A DNA stretch of 64,000 nt, from the IMG/VR virus record IMGVR_UViG_3300045988_151198; one strand, 5' to 3'. Shown here piece by piece: positions 56,051 to 63,945 of the stretch. The notes under the pieces are model-generated. The model searched no databases. It was not told the origin of the DNA and saw nothing but the letters and a program-made list of their open reading frames with translations. Source of the DNA: a virus. Position 1 is the first letter of the stretch, and each line of letters starts with the position of its first letter. The translations under genes and the position numbers were made by a program.

Positions 56051-56263
56051 TTATCGGTTATCTGGCAATCCCAAAGTTATAAGCCTCGTAAGAACATGAG
56101 GTTTCGGAACTCCGAAAAGCATTGAGAGCCTAGTAATACTATAATTATGTTCCTCTGCTTTCTCTCTAAACAATTCCTCCGGCATCAAAAGCTCGTATGC
56201 GAATAGGTTAGCTTCAATCTCTTCTTCTCTCGTAAATTGCTTTGATTCGTTTTTCATCTTCAT
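56051..56263 (-). CDS. truncated ImmA/IrrE-family remnant (C-terminal E-EANxFAxELLMP motif only, no HExxH)
   Basis: REEEIEANLFAYELLMPEELF is the hallmark C-terminal motif of ImmA/IrrE metallopeptidases. Only 70 aa are present and the zinc-binding region is absent. Confidence 0.45.
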   Translation of the reverse strand: MKMKNESKQFTREEEIEANLFAYELLMPEELFREKAEEHNYSITRLSMLFGVPKPHVLTRLITLGLPDNR

Positions 56264-56281
56264 CCACCTCCCTTGAAATAG

Positions 56282-56310
56282 ATACTATGAAATTATCTGA
56301 GAGGTGTCAA
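56282..56310 (-). promoter_or_regulatory. sigma70 promoter on the minus strand: TTGACA, 17-nt spacer, TAGTAT
   Basis: Reverse complement of 56282-56310 reads TTGACAcctctcagataatttcaTAGTAT, upstream of the ImmA-like ORF. Confidence 0.55.
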
Positions 56311-56340
56311 TACTTTTTTGTTTAAACTACAGGATAAAAA

Positions 56341-56387
56341 TAAAGACTTGTGACAACTAAAACCGCATTTAGATTGTCACAAGTCTT
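56341..56387 (-). terminator. 15-bp perfect inverted repeat AAAGACTTGTGACAA/TTGTCACAAGTCTTT followed on the minus strand by ATTTTTAT (terminator or operator)
   Basis: It sits between the stop of the SPFH gene and the promoter above. On the minus strand the hairpin is followed by a T-run. Confidence 0.45.
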
Positions 56388-56396
56388 TATTAACAT

Positions 56397-57281
56397 TTAT
56401 TCGAGGGGGATACTCAGCATGGGGATATTCTCTCCTGTAACCTTGGGCAGAACTCCATTCCATCCAGTAGCCATGATGTATCGGATAAGCTCAGGAGTGA
56501 GGGATTCAGCGAGCTTCTTATTCGCCGTATACTGGGCTTCCGCTTTCTTCGTAATGGAATATGCCTCGGCATCCGCGATCTTCCGCATGGATTCGGCGCG
56601 TCCTTCCGCCTCGGCTTTCTTCTTATCCGCCTCAGCTTGCGCAGTTTCAATTTCTGTGCGGCGCTGCGTAGCAATCTGAATAGCACCCACTTTAGCGTCA
56701 ATCGCTTCCTTTACGTTTTGGGGAAGCCAGATATTGCCGACAATGGCAATGTAATCAATTTTAATCCCAAGAGGCGCGAGACGTTCACGAACTGCTTCCG
56801 TCACCTGCATAATGAACTCGGTCTTCTTTTCTCCGTAAAGCTCCTCGGAAGTCCTTGTAGAAGCGGCACGGACAATCTCGTCTCGAATCATATTGTAAAC
56901 ATATACATTCGTGATTTCGTCAATGCCCTTTCTGTACGTCTGGAAAAGCAAAGACACTTTATTGGGATCAACGGAGTAGGACAGGGAAACGTCAGCACTG
57001 AGAGAAAGTCCCTCTTTGGATTGGAACTGGAATGCGCCGCTATTTCCGGTTCCTCGCCATTCCTTTGTCTGCTGCGCCGTAGAGAACGTGAAAAGCTGTT
57101 CATTAAGGCTGATCCAATGTCGACCCACACCGAGAATTTCTACTTCAACTCCTTTCGACGAGCCAAGCAGATTCACCTTTACGCCAACAGATCCAGCCTC
57201 GACCTTCTCAATGCAAGTAAGAGCGTAAATACCGAAAGCAAGGACAAAAACAAGAGTAACACACGCGATAATCTTTTTCAT
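56397..57281 (-). CDS. SPFH/band-7 (stomatin/prohibitin-like) membrane protein
   Basis: N-terminal TM, a band-7 core and a C-terminal Ala/Glu/Lys coiled coil (AQAEADKKKAEAEGRAESMRKIADAEAY). Confidence 0.7.
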   Translation of the reverse strand: MKKIIACVTLVFVLAFGIYALTCIEKVEAGSVGVKVNLLGSSKGVEVEILGVGRHWISLNEQLFTFSTAQQTKEWRGTGNSGAFQFQSKEGLSLSADVSLSYSVDPNKVSLLFQTYRKGIDEITNVYVYNMIRDEIVRAASTRTSEELYGEKKTEFIMQVTEAVRERLAPLGIKIDYIAIVGNIWLPQNVKEAIDAKVGAIQIATQRRTEIETAQAEADKKKAEAEGRAESMRKIADAEAYSITKKAEAQYTANKKLAESLTPELIRYIMATGWNGVLPKVTGENIPMLSIPLE

Positions 57282-57541
57282 TATACGTCTTCCTTAAAAA
57301 TACTTTTAAAGGTTTTATAGCTCAAAAACACAGTTACGGGGAAACTAAAAATCAATGCCGCTCCGGTCAGGACTAAAGCCGTAGATTCGGAGCTAATCAA
57401 AAACGGCAGAAGAAACCCAAACAAACCAACCACATAAACCAGATTGATTATGACATAAACCAAAAATAGGAGAATATCATCTTCCGTCTTTTGTAGAATT
57501 GAAGCACCCTTTTCCGTTTTTTCGTTATTCATCGGAGCCAC
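57281..57541 (-). CDS. small two-TM membrane protein, probable partner of the SPFH protein
   Basis: 86 aa, translationally coupled (ATGA overlap) to the SPFH gene. Confidence 0.45.
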   Translation of the reverse strand: MAPMNNEKTEKGASILQKTEDDILLFLVYVIINLVYVVGLFGFLLPFLISSESTALVLTGAALIFSFPVTVFLSYKTFKSIFKEDV

Positions 57542-57797
57542 CTTTATGATCTAGTTTTTCCCGGAGCTTCCATTCTTGGATAGAACGCTGGAGATATCCT
57601 TTTTCCCATTCTTCCACTCCTACCTCCTTTTTTACGGCTACCATAGCGTTTCTTACTTCCGCGCAAGACCGTTTCAATGCTGCGGTATACGTTACTCCAG
57701 CATACTCGTAGCCAAGAGCGGCTACGAGCCTTGCCCGTTCGAGAAATCTTTCGCACTCAAAGATTGCGGTGTCTACGGTTTTCTTATTAATACTCAT
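57525..57797 (-). CDS. hypothetical protein
   Basis: 90 aa. Confidence 0.45.
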   Translation of the reverse strand: MSINKKTVDTAIFECERFLERARLVAALGYEYAGVTYTAALKRSCAEVRNAMVAVKKEVGVEEWEKGYLQRSIQEWKLREKLDHKGGSDE

Positions 57798-57997
57798 ATT
57801 ACAAGCTCCCCTTTAACCAATTTTTCCAAAGCTTCAATCCAATCTGATTGTTCAATTTCAGTGCACGATCCTCTATGAGATAATGGACAGTGGTTCCACA
57901 AACAGTCTCTATCAAGATCTTTACAAGCCTGAGTGTGCATGTAAGCAATATCGCTAATAGTAATTATCTTCCCTACGTCTTTTTTATTAGCTTTCAT
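57794..57997 (-). CDS. small protein carrying one copy of a Cys-rich CP..CP..C..DW module
   Basis: HTQACKDLDRDCLWNHCPLSHRGSCTEIEQSDWIEAL. Confidence 0.45.
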   Translation of the reverse strand: MKANKKDVGKIITISDIAYMHTQACKDLDRDCLWNHCPLSHRGSCTEIEQSDWIEALEKLVKGELVI

Positions 57998-58227
57998 TCA
58001 ATCGTCTCCTTTGCAAGATCTTCTAATCTTTTAAAGAACCTTAGCCAGTCATTGACCTCAATGTCTTCACAGCCATACTCAAAAGTAAAACAAACTAGAG
58101 GGCATTTAAATCCATGAAAAGGGCAGGACTTTTTAATTTCATGGGTACGGTGCTTCTGACAAGAAATAGTTAATAGCTTTGCAAGAGCTTCAATCTCATC
58201 TTTATCATCATTATTATTTTCAGTCAC
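57994..58227 (-). CDS. small protein carrying one copy of the Cys-rich module
   Basis: SCQKHRTHEIKKSCPFHGFKCPLVCFTFEYGCEDIEVNDWLRFF. Confidence 0.45.
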   Translation of the reverse strand: MTENNNDDKDEIEALAKLLTISCQKHRTHEIKKSCPFHGFKCPLVCFTFEYGCEDIEVNDWLRFFKRLEDLAKETIE

Positions 58228-58862
58228 TCAATCGCCTCCTTTTCATACGGGTTTTCAAGGCCAAGCTGCTTGCACCGATTTTGAATATATCCTTCCATTT
58301 CAGCTTTAGCTTCCATTAAAGTACGTTCCGTAGCTTCGCGGAGGCATTTAAGGTTGTATTCGCTATTAGCTGTAAGGTTGCGCTCAACAGTATTAAGAAC
58401 ACTCAAAACACGTTCTTTATCACGTTTACACAACTTAGAATCATTGACTACATTCACGGCATCCTTAGTCAAAGTATTCTTGAGCCGCCCAACGGATTTT
58501 TTAAATGCTTCCTCTGCAAGGTCGGCATCTGTCTTAATACCTTCCCGAACGTATTTTACTGAGCCATAAATAGGATGCCGAGTGATGGTACATGGGACAC
58601 CTTCATATCTATCGGCAGACATAAGAAGCTCGGAGAATTGGAGAGGAGTAAGCTCAACCCTAATAAGCGGGGCACCTCCAGCATCCCTAACACGCTGTTC
58701 CCCGTGGTCTGTAACAATTTCGGCATTATTGATTTCAATAAGAATCGAATTAGTTACTCTTACTTTAGAGCCAAAGAAGAACTGACCGCCTCCACCGATT
58801 TGCGCCCTTGACAAACGGATGGTCCCATAAGAAGCTTCACGTTTTACGTTTTCTTCTTCCAT
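58224..58862 (-). CDS. hypothetical protein
   Basis: Start set to MEEENVK after the AAAAGAGGA RBS; about 212 aa. Confidence 0.45.
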   Translation of the reverse strand: MEEENVKREASYGTIRLSRAQIGGGGQFFFGSKVRVTNSILIEINNAEIVTDHGEQRVRDAGGAPLIRVELTPLQFSELLMSADRYEGVPCTITRHPIYGSVKYVREGIKTDADLAEEAFKKSVGRLKNTLTKDAVNVVNDSKLCKRDKERVLSVLNTVERNLTANSEYNLKCLREATERTLMEAKAEMEGYIQNRCKQLGLENPYEKEAIE

Positions 58863-58930
58863 TTTATCCTCTTTTATTTTTTTTGTTAGCATGGGGGCAT
58901 TAAGCCCCCACCACTTTACAAGATCCGGCT

Positions 58931-59098
58931 ATTCGGGCTTCGCGTAATTCGGAGCTTTTACGGGCTTACGAAATTCCGCCTTGCACTTGTCACAAAGCTG
59001 AGTTCCTCTTACGCGGGGCTTTCCACATTCCGCACAACGCAACGCCTTTTCGGGATTCTTCTTGCCATAGAAAAAGCTGGTAGGAATCATAATAGCCA
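58931..59098 (-). CDS. small zinc-ribbon protein (56 aa; CAECGK...CDKC)
   Basis: Not in the ORF track. MAIMIPTSFFYGKKNPEKALRCAECGKPRVRGTQLCDKCKAEFRKPVKAPNYAKPE. Confidence 0.3.
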
Positions 59099-59203
59099 TG
59101 TTGATCTCTCCTTGTTGATTAAAATGGTTTGATAGAATATTTCCGTGTTCCCTTTCTCTTGAAAGGCATACTATGAAATTTTCGTTACCTTGTCAACACT
59201 TTT

Positions 59204-59704
59204 TTAAAAATTATTTTCAATGCTCCATTCAATCCAATTCATCCTATCTTTATGCGCGGTTCCATTGGGCTTCGCTACAGGCCAGTAGTAACCCTTTGGG
59301 TAGCAATCCAACGAGTCCTTGCTAATGCCGCCAAAAAACTTTTTCGTGTGATAGTAGTCAAAGTCCTTACGCAAGAGATTAACCCTTTGCGACAGGTGGA
59401 AAAGATTATCCCCGAGCCAGAAAGGTTTTTCGGTTGACTCAAAACTGTATAATCTGACACCATTCAACCATTCACGAGTCGCATGTAACTTTCCGAACCG
59501 CATATAGTATTCGGAGCACAAAGTCGCAATATATTTTCTTAAATCGTATTCATACCCCTCCCACATAAGACAAGCTGGATGGTTCTTTGTAGGCACACGA
59601 CCAGAAAAAATCTGATAGGCTTCCACGATTTGCTTATTCAGCCTCTTGTTGTCGAGAATCTTAGCCGTTTCAAGGAAGTCTGGAACGGGAAGAAATGTCT
59701 GCAT
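59204..59704 (-). CDS. conserved phage/bacterial protein with N-terminal MQTFLPxPDF...LDNKRLNKQ..E signature; possibly endonuclease V (DenV)-like pyrimidine-dimer glycosylase family
   Basis: 166 aa. The N-terminal signature parallels the LD.K.L...REA region of Pyr_excise-family proteins. The assignment is tentative. Confidence 0.3.
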   Translation of the reverse strand: MQTFLPVPDFLETAKILDNKRLNKQIVEAYQIFSGRVPTKNHPACLMWEGYEYDLRKYIATLCSEYYMRFGKLHATREWLNGVRLYSFESTEKPFWLGDNLFHLSQRVNLLRKDFDYYHTKKFFGGISKDSLDCYPKGYYWPVAKPNGTAHKDRMNWIEWSIENNF

Positions 59705-59718
59705 GACAATTAACCTCT

Positions 59719-60072
59719 TTAGTTAAAAATGGTACGTCTACGCAAGCTGGAACATCCTTTGACACGATGATTTTCGTCCCGTACAAGTTCGTCTGGGCAA
59801 AGCAAATCAATCCTGTCAGACGAGTCAAAAACCATGTTCGTTACGATGTACATAACATCCTTGGCAGGAGCTGGCAAGCCTTTAATTTCCCTTTCCACAA
59901 TTTCACTTACAGGTACGTAAAGTGAGGGTCCATGATCAGGACAGAATACTCCATCATATTCTCGGATATAGTTAACCCGAGCCATACCTTCGGATTTAAA
60001 ACGAAGCAGCTCAACAGTTCCAGAAGGATTGTAAATATTAATATCGTGTCCGGTGAAATTACGAATCTTCAT
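59719..60072 (-). CDS. hypothetical protein
   Basis: 117 aa. Confidence 0.45.
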   Translation of the reverse strand: MKIRNFTGHDINIYNPSGTVELLRFKSEGMARVNYIREYDGVFCPDHGPSLYVPVSEIVEREIKGLPAPAKDVMYIVTNMVFDSSDRIDLLCPDELVRDENHRVKGCSSLRRRTIFN

Positions 60073-60108
60073 TTTTATCCTCTTTTAGTTTATTTATTGC
60101 TTGTAGAA

Positions 60109-60414
60109 TTATCGCTCACAGATTCTTAACTGTGCGTCTAACCCACACCAACTAAAGTCTTTATAGACAGTGTAGCATTTAGGGGCTTCGTCTGATGGTC
60201 TTTCCGTGGTTATGATTATGTCACTGAGGAAAAAGGCTTGGCTCATCCCTACAAACTTTTCTCCTTTTCGTAAATTTACTTTCCGTATGTCTTCATCATT
60301 TGCATTCTCAGCAGGACTACATGCTGGAAGGATGGAAAACACAAAGACCACTATGGCGGCGACAATCATCCTTTCAACAAAACTGAATGTAGCGAAATTT
60401 TTCATAGGAGTCAA
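60109..60414 (-). CDS. secreted protein or lipoprotein (signal peptide ending ILPAC)
   Basis: Hydrophobic h-region MIVAAIVVFVFSILPACSP. Possible TTG start at 60414 with an AGGAAA RBS, or ATG at 60405. Confidence 0.4.
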   Translation of the reverse strand: MTPMKNFATFSFVERMIVAAIVVFVFSILPACSPAENANDEDIRKVNLRKGEKFVGMSQAFFLSDIIITTERPSDEAPKCYTVYKDFSWCGLDAQLRICER

Positions 60415-60424
60415 CCATTTTTTC

Positions 60425-60805
60425 CTATTCTTTAAAGTTTACGTAAAAATTTTCGAGGCACAAAGTAAGTTCCGTTTTACAGGTGCAGCATCTATATGAT
60501 ACTTGCGTTTCTCCTCCACATCCAGAAGCTCTTGTATATTCCATGCGTTCGCCACAGGAAGGGCATGTCGCATTGATGAATTCATAAACTAGCGGCGTAC
60601 TGTTGCATGTAGAAGTAAAGCTCATCTTATCTTTAATCATCCTCTCCAATGCTTCTTTGCGATAATCATATGGTACGCCTCTGCGTCTACGTGCAGATCC
60701 TTCCCGAAACGTAATTTGTTCCATGAACTCCATAGGGTTGATTTCCACCTCATCCAAGTATCTATCGGTTGGAATGAATTTCTTAAAATCGGACAATTTC
60801 ATAAT
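60425..60805 (-). CDS. hypothetical protein with a C-terminal zinc ribbon (CPSCGER...CCTCK)
   Basis: Start set to MKLSDFKK after the GAGAGG RBS. Confidence 0.45.
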   Translation of the reverse strand: MMKLSDFKKFIPTDRYLDEVEINPMEFMEQITFREGSARRRRGVPYDYRKEALERMIKDKMSFTSTCNSTPLVYEFINATCPSCGERMEYTRASGCGGETQVSYRCCTCKTELTLCLENFYVNFKE

Positions 60806-60901
60806 TACCTCTCTATTATTTAAATTTCCTTCAACACACATTTCGTCTTTCCGTAAATGCACATTGAAGGAAATTTTAGATGATGTCAAGCATTTTTTAA
60901 C

Positions 60902-61873
60902 TTAGCAATCAAAAACAATTTCCGCCATATCGAAGTAAAGATAATCACTGTAAGTAATGGCTCCGTTACTATTCTCTGTCGCGGAGATTGCGCGTCTCCG
61001 AATTTCCGAGATTACCCTAGACAGTTCTGTAATGCTCATATCCTGATAAGCGTCCGCAAGTTCATGCAAAAGCTGCCTACGGCTCACTGCATAGGAGCAT
61101 TCGATGCTTCTGACAAAAAGATCTCGCTGACTTTCAGAGGTAAATGCCACAGGTACAGTCTTGCGTCGCGTAAAAACGCCCTTGTAAAAAACAATCTTTT
61201 CTTCTTTCACCATGTAAGCATAGTAGCATCGAACGGTAGGTTCTTTGTTTTCCTGCGCACTACCCTCCCAAGTATTGACTTCCTGTGTATGAGCTTCTCT
61301 CTGGATGTTAGCTTCTCTCTGCATATTAACTTCCTCCTTTTCCTTTACATACAACTTAAGTTTATCCCAATCGTCAGCAGTGATTTCTGAGCACAACTTA
61401 TTATCTCCAAAAGGGCACCCAACATCCTTATTTACGAGAGGACACATATTGTAGCCGTAGAGAATTTTATTATTACATTGTCTGGCAAGATCTTCAACCA
61501 AATTTTCTTCAACCAAATTTTCTTCAAACAAATATTTATAAGAATCTATGCCTTCGTCAAGAAAACTGGAGTCAATGAGAGGAAAAGGTGCCAAAACTTC
61601 CCGCTGGTTTTCATGTTCTACGCTTTCCAATTTATTATCCTCCTTTTTTTCTACCATAGCTCTCACCTCGCTCCAATGGCTTTCATCTACGTCACCACAC
61701 ATAGCCTTTAACGGGCATGGGCCTTCTTCTGCATCTGGGCAGACCACATGTATCGTGCAAAGCCCGGGTGATCTTCTACAAAGATGAGCTAGCTCTTTAT
61801 CCGTCTTTCTACTTAAAATGAGAGTAAAAAGTTCTTTCCTTCGCTCTACGTTCTTCTGAGAAATATTTGACAT
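60902..61873 (-). CDS. 323-aa protein with two copies of the Cys-rich CP..CP..C..DW module, an in-frame (ENLVE)n repeat and a C-terminal globular domain
   Basis: Repeat 1 LCRRSPGLCTIHVVCPDAEEGPCPLKAMCGDVDESHWSEV; repeat 2 QCNNKILYGYNMCPLVNKDVGCPFGDNKLCSEITADDWDKL. Confidence 0.5.
   Translation of the reverse strand: MSNISQKNVERRKELFTLILSRKTDKELAHLCRRSPGLCTIHVVCPDAEEGPCPLKAMCGDVDESHWSEVRAMVEKKEDNKLESVEHENQREVLAPFPLIDSSFLDEGIDSYKYLFEENLVEENLVEDLARQCNNKILYGYNMCPLVNKDVGCPFGDNKLCSEITADDWDKLKLYVKEKEEVNMQREANIQREAHTQEVNTWEGSAQENKEPTVRCYYAYMVKEEKIVFYKGVFTRRKTVPVAFTSESQRDLFVRSIECSYAVSRRQLLHELADAYQDMSITELSRVISEIRRRAISATENSNGAITYSDYLYFDMAEIVFDC
61493..61530. repeat. 15-bp tandem repeat (ttcttcaaccaaatt, about 2.5 copies), in-frame inside 60902..61873 (ENLVE repeats)
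   Basis: Direct tandem copies visible in the sequence. Confidence 0.6.
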
Positions 61874-61958
61874 TTCATCCTCCTTGATAAATTCTTCGTA
61901 GATAAACTCTTCGTGAACACACTATGCCGAATTTTCGCTAGCATGTCAACAATTATGT

Positions 61959-62288
61959 TTATTTAAAAATATACACGATAAAGATTGTAAACAAGCTTAC
62001 CGCACCAAACCCGGCTAGAGAAGCAACTACTCCATATGCAAATGATTTGGGAAACTTTTCAACAAAACGCTTTTTCATGACATACATTCTTTGGGAAATC
62101 TCTTTTGAGGGAACTTCATATTCACGCCCGCACATTGTGCATTTCCAAATAAAAACAATAAAAACCGTCTCCCCATCTCCTCTTAGTTCGTTCCCATCCT
62201 TTTGGAAAACCGTATGTGAACCACCACAAACAGGGCAGTCCCTTCCAAAATCATATGCTGGCACTGAGATACGAATATCGTTTTTCAT
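61959..62288 (-). CDS. zinc-ribbon plus C-terminal TM protein, paralog of 62313..62645
   Basis: PAYDFGRDCPVCGG...GDGETVFIV..WKCTMCGREYEVPSKEISQ plus a TM tail. Confidence 0.5.
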   Translation of the reverse strand: MKNDIRISVPAYDFGRDCPVCGGSHTVFQKDGNELRGDGETVFIVFIWKCTMCGREYEVPSKEISQRMYVMKKRFVEKFPKSFAYGVVASLAGFGAVSLFTIFIVYIFK

Positions 62289-62312
62289 TTAATTATCTCC
62301 ATTTTTTTTAAA

Positions 62313-62645
62313 TTACGAAAAAATCGAATTGAAAAGTAAGAGCCCCAAAACGCCTACCCCAAATGCACCTACAGAAAACAATGCGAAACAGAGCAAAGTT
62401 CCGGATAAATCTTCCCAAAAAAGTTTAATAAAAATATATTTTAGATATTCCGTCTTTTGGGAAACCTTTTTTCCCGGAACCACGTAATTATAAGAGCATC
62501 TCCGGCATCTCCAAACAAACACTGTTTCTCCATCTTCCGTTGTTTTTATATCTGGTGTATAACCATTAAAAGGCCAGTCCCCACAGATAGGGCATTTATC
62601 GGGAGCCTTATATGCTGGCCTATCCACAATATCGCTGTATTTCAT
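62313..62645 (-). CDS. zinc-ribbon plus C-terminal TM protein, paralog of 61959..62288
   Basis: PAYKAPDKCPICGD...EDGETVFVWRCRRCSYNYVVPGKKVSQ plus a TM tail. Confidence 0.5.
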   Translation of the reverse strand: MKYSDIVDRPAYKAPDKCPICGDWPFNGYTPDIKTTEDGETVFVWRCRRCSYNYVVPGKKVSQKTEYLKYIFIKLFWEDLSGTLLCFALFSVGAFGVGVLGLLLFNSIFS

Positions 62646-62760
62646 TTTAAATATCCCCCTTTTTATCGTTTTGTTCCAATAATCGTAAAGAAGAAAATCA
62701 CACTAAGAATTGCTATAACGTAAATAAAATTATCTGGAATCATGTATGTTTTCCTTTTTT

Positions 62761-62808
62761 CGTGATTTTATGATTTCGTGATTTTATGATTTCGTGATTT
62801 TATGATTT
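62761..62808. repeat. 16-bp tandem repeat (cgtgattttatgattt, 3 copies)
   Basis: Three perfect copies. The stop codon of 62800..63288 lies in the third copy. Confidence 0.7.
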
Positions 62809-63288
62809 ATTAAATTCTTTTCGCTTCTGCCTCCATATCTCACCACCCAAAATTCCCGGAGGAACAATCCATTGATTTGTTCTTCCATAATTTGCACCGT
62901 TATTTGCTTCGCGGTAATTTCTGATACACATTTGCATCCACGTATCACTCAAAGCACCATTCTCTTTTACAAAATACGGAGTTCCTCTATAAGGTAATCT
63001 GGACCTATATATAAAAATCTCACGCCCTCCACTCTTCCAATACTTTCTCGTGTTTTCAAAATTAAAAGAGAACTTTACCTTTTCTACGAGCATCACAGCA
63101 GGTTCAAATTCGCCTTTCTTGATATCGAATATTTCCATCCTTCCCGCCTTAGCTCTGATTCTGCGGTTAGTTACAAGCGCCCTTACGAAACCAAGAATTT
63201 CATTGGAATCAATACCAATGATAACACCTGTGATATTATGCGTGTGAAGGTATCCTATGAAATGACGAGTTTCCGAGTTATCTTTCAT
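62800..63288 (-). CDS. hypothetical protein adjacent to the iteron-like repeats (weak GIY-YIG-like N-terminal pattern)
   Basis: Start set to MKDNSE after the AAGGAG RBS. HFIGYLHTHNITGVIIGIDS loosely resembles GIY...YIG. It is the last gene before the repeat-rich terminus. Confidence 0.35.
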   Translation of the reverse strand: MKDNSETRHFIGYLHTHNITGVIIGIDSNEILGFVRALVTNRRIRAKAGRMEIFDIKKGEFEPAVMLVEKVKFSFNFENTRKYWKSGGREIFIYRSRLPYRGTPYFVKENGALSDTWMQMCIRNYREANNGANYGRTNQWIVPPGILGGEIWRQKRKEFNKS

Positions 63289-63384
63289 TACCTCATCTCC
63301 TTGTGTTAAGATCAACCTACCCTACTTTGAATTTTCATGCAACAAAATTTTCTATTTTATGAAAAAATTTTAGCTCCGAAAATA

Positions 63385-63548
63385 CTCCCCACCTGTCCCA
63401 AAAATGTTAGCTTGGATCGAGATCCCCACCTCGTCCAAAAATGTTAGCTTGCCTCGCATCCCCCACCTTTTTCGTTTACGTTAGCTCGGCTTGCACTCCC
63501 CACCTGTCTCGAAAATGTTAGCTTGGATCGAGTCCCCCACCTTGTATT
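63385..63548. repeat. about 4.5 imperfect direct repeats of 36-38 bp, each with a CCCCACCT core and (A)ATGTTAGCTTGG (iteron-like)
   Basis: Units at about 63385, 63423, 63459, 63496 and a partial one at 63534. About 80% identity between units, with no unique spacers. Confidence 0.65.
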
Positions 63549-63559
63549 AGAGCGCGCGC

Positions 63560-63665
63560 GACCTTGATTGATTGCTCGCTCAACCAAGGTAGGTTGATTG
63601 CTCGCTCAACCAAGGTAGGTTGATTGACCGAACAATCAAGACTGGTTGATTGTACGCGCAACCAA
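63560..63665. repeat. GGTTGATTG-based repeats, including two 26-bp copies of ggttgattgctcgctcaaccaaggta, each containing the hairpin GGTTGA...TCAACC
   Basis: Direct repeats visible. Each unit is internally palindromic. Confidence 0.6.
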
Positions 63666-63945
63666 TGTTGCTTCACGGGTACAGAGCAAGAGCGCGTCCA
63701 TAGATGTAAGAACTGGACGCCACAAGGTGAAGCGCGACCGTGCAAAAACATGAGCTTATACACTAGACGCTGCCCATGCTTTTCTTTTCGTGATAGTGTT
63801 ATGTTTCATTGCCTAGGCATTTGTTCCTTCATAAATCGATTATACGGCCTTTTTGTTTCTTTCATGGGTTCTCCTTTACGTTTCAATAAATCGCTTCTTA
63901 AATCGGCATTTGTGAGCGTCTTTTTTTCTTTCTCATGGATACGGG

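Noticed and set aside
63400-63430. tRNA-like T-arm (GGATCGAGATCC next to CCCCACC)
   Set aside because: The palindrome leaves only a 2-nt loop, and no acceptor or anticodon arms can be built. It is part of the iterated repeat unit.
63385-63548. Possible CRISPR array
   Set aside because: The repeats are imperfect (about 80% identity) and directly abut one another with no unique spacers. No cas genes are present. Iterons are the more likely explanation.
63518-63763. 81-aa minus-strand ORF in the ORF track
   Set aside because: It overlaps the GGTTGATTG repeat family, has no RBS, and its translation is a low-complexity read of the repeats.
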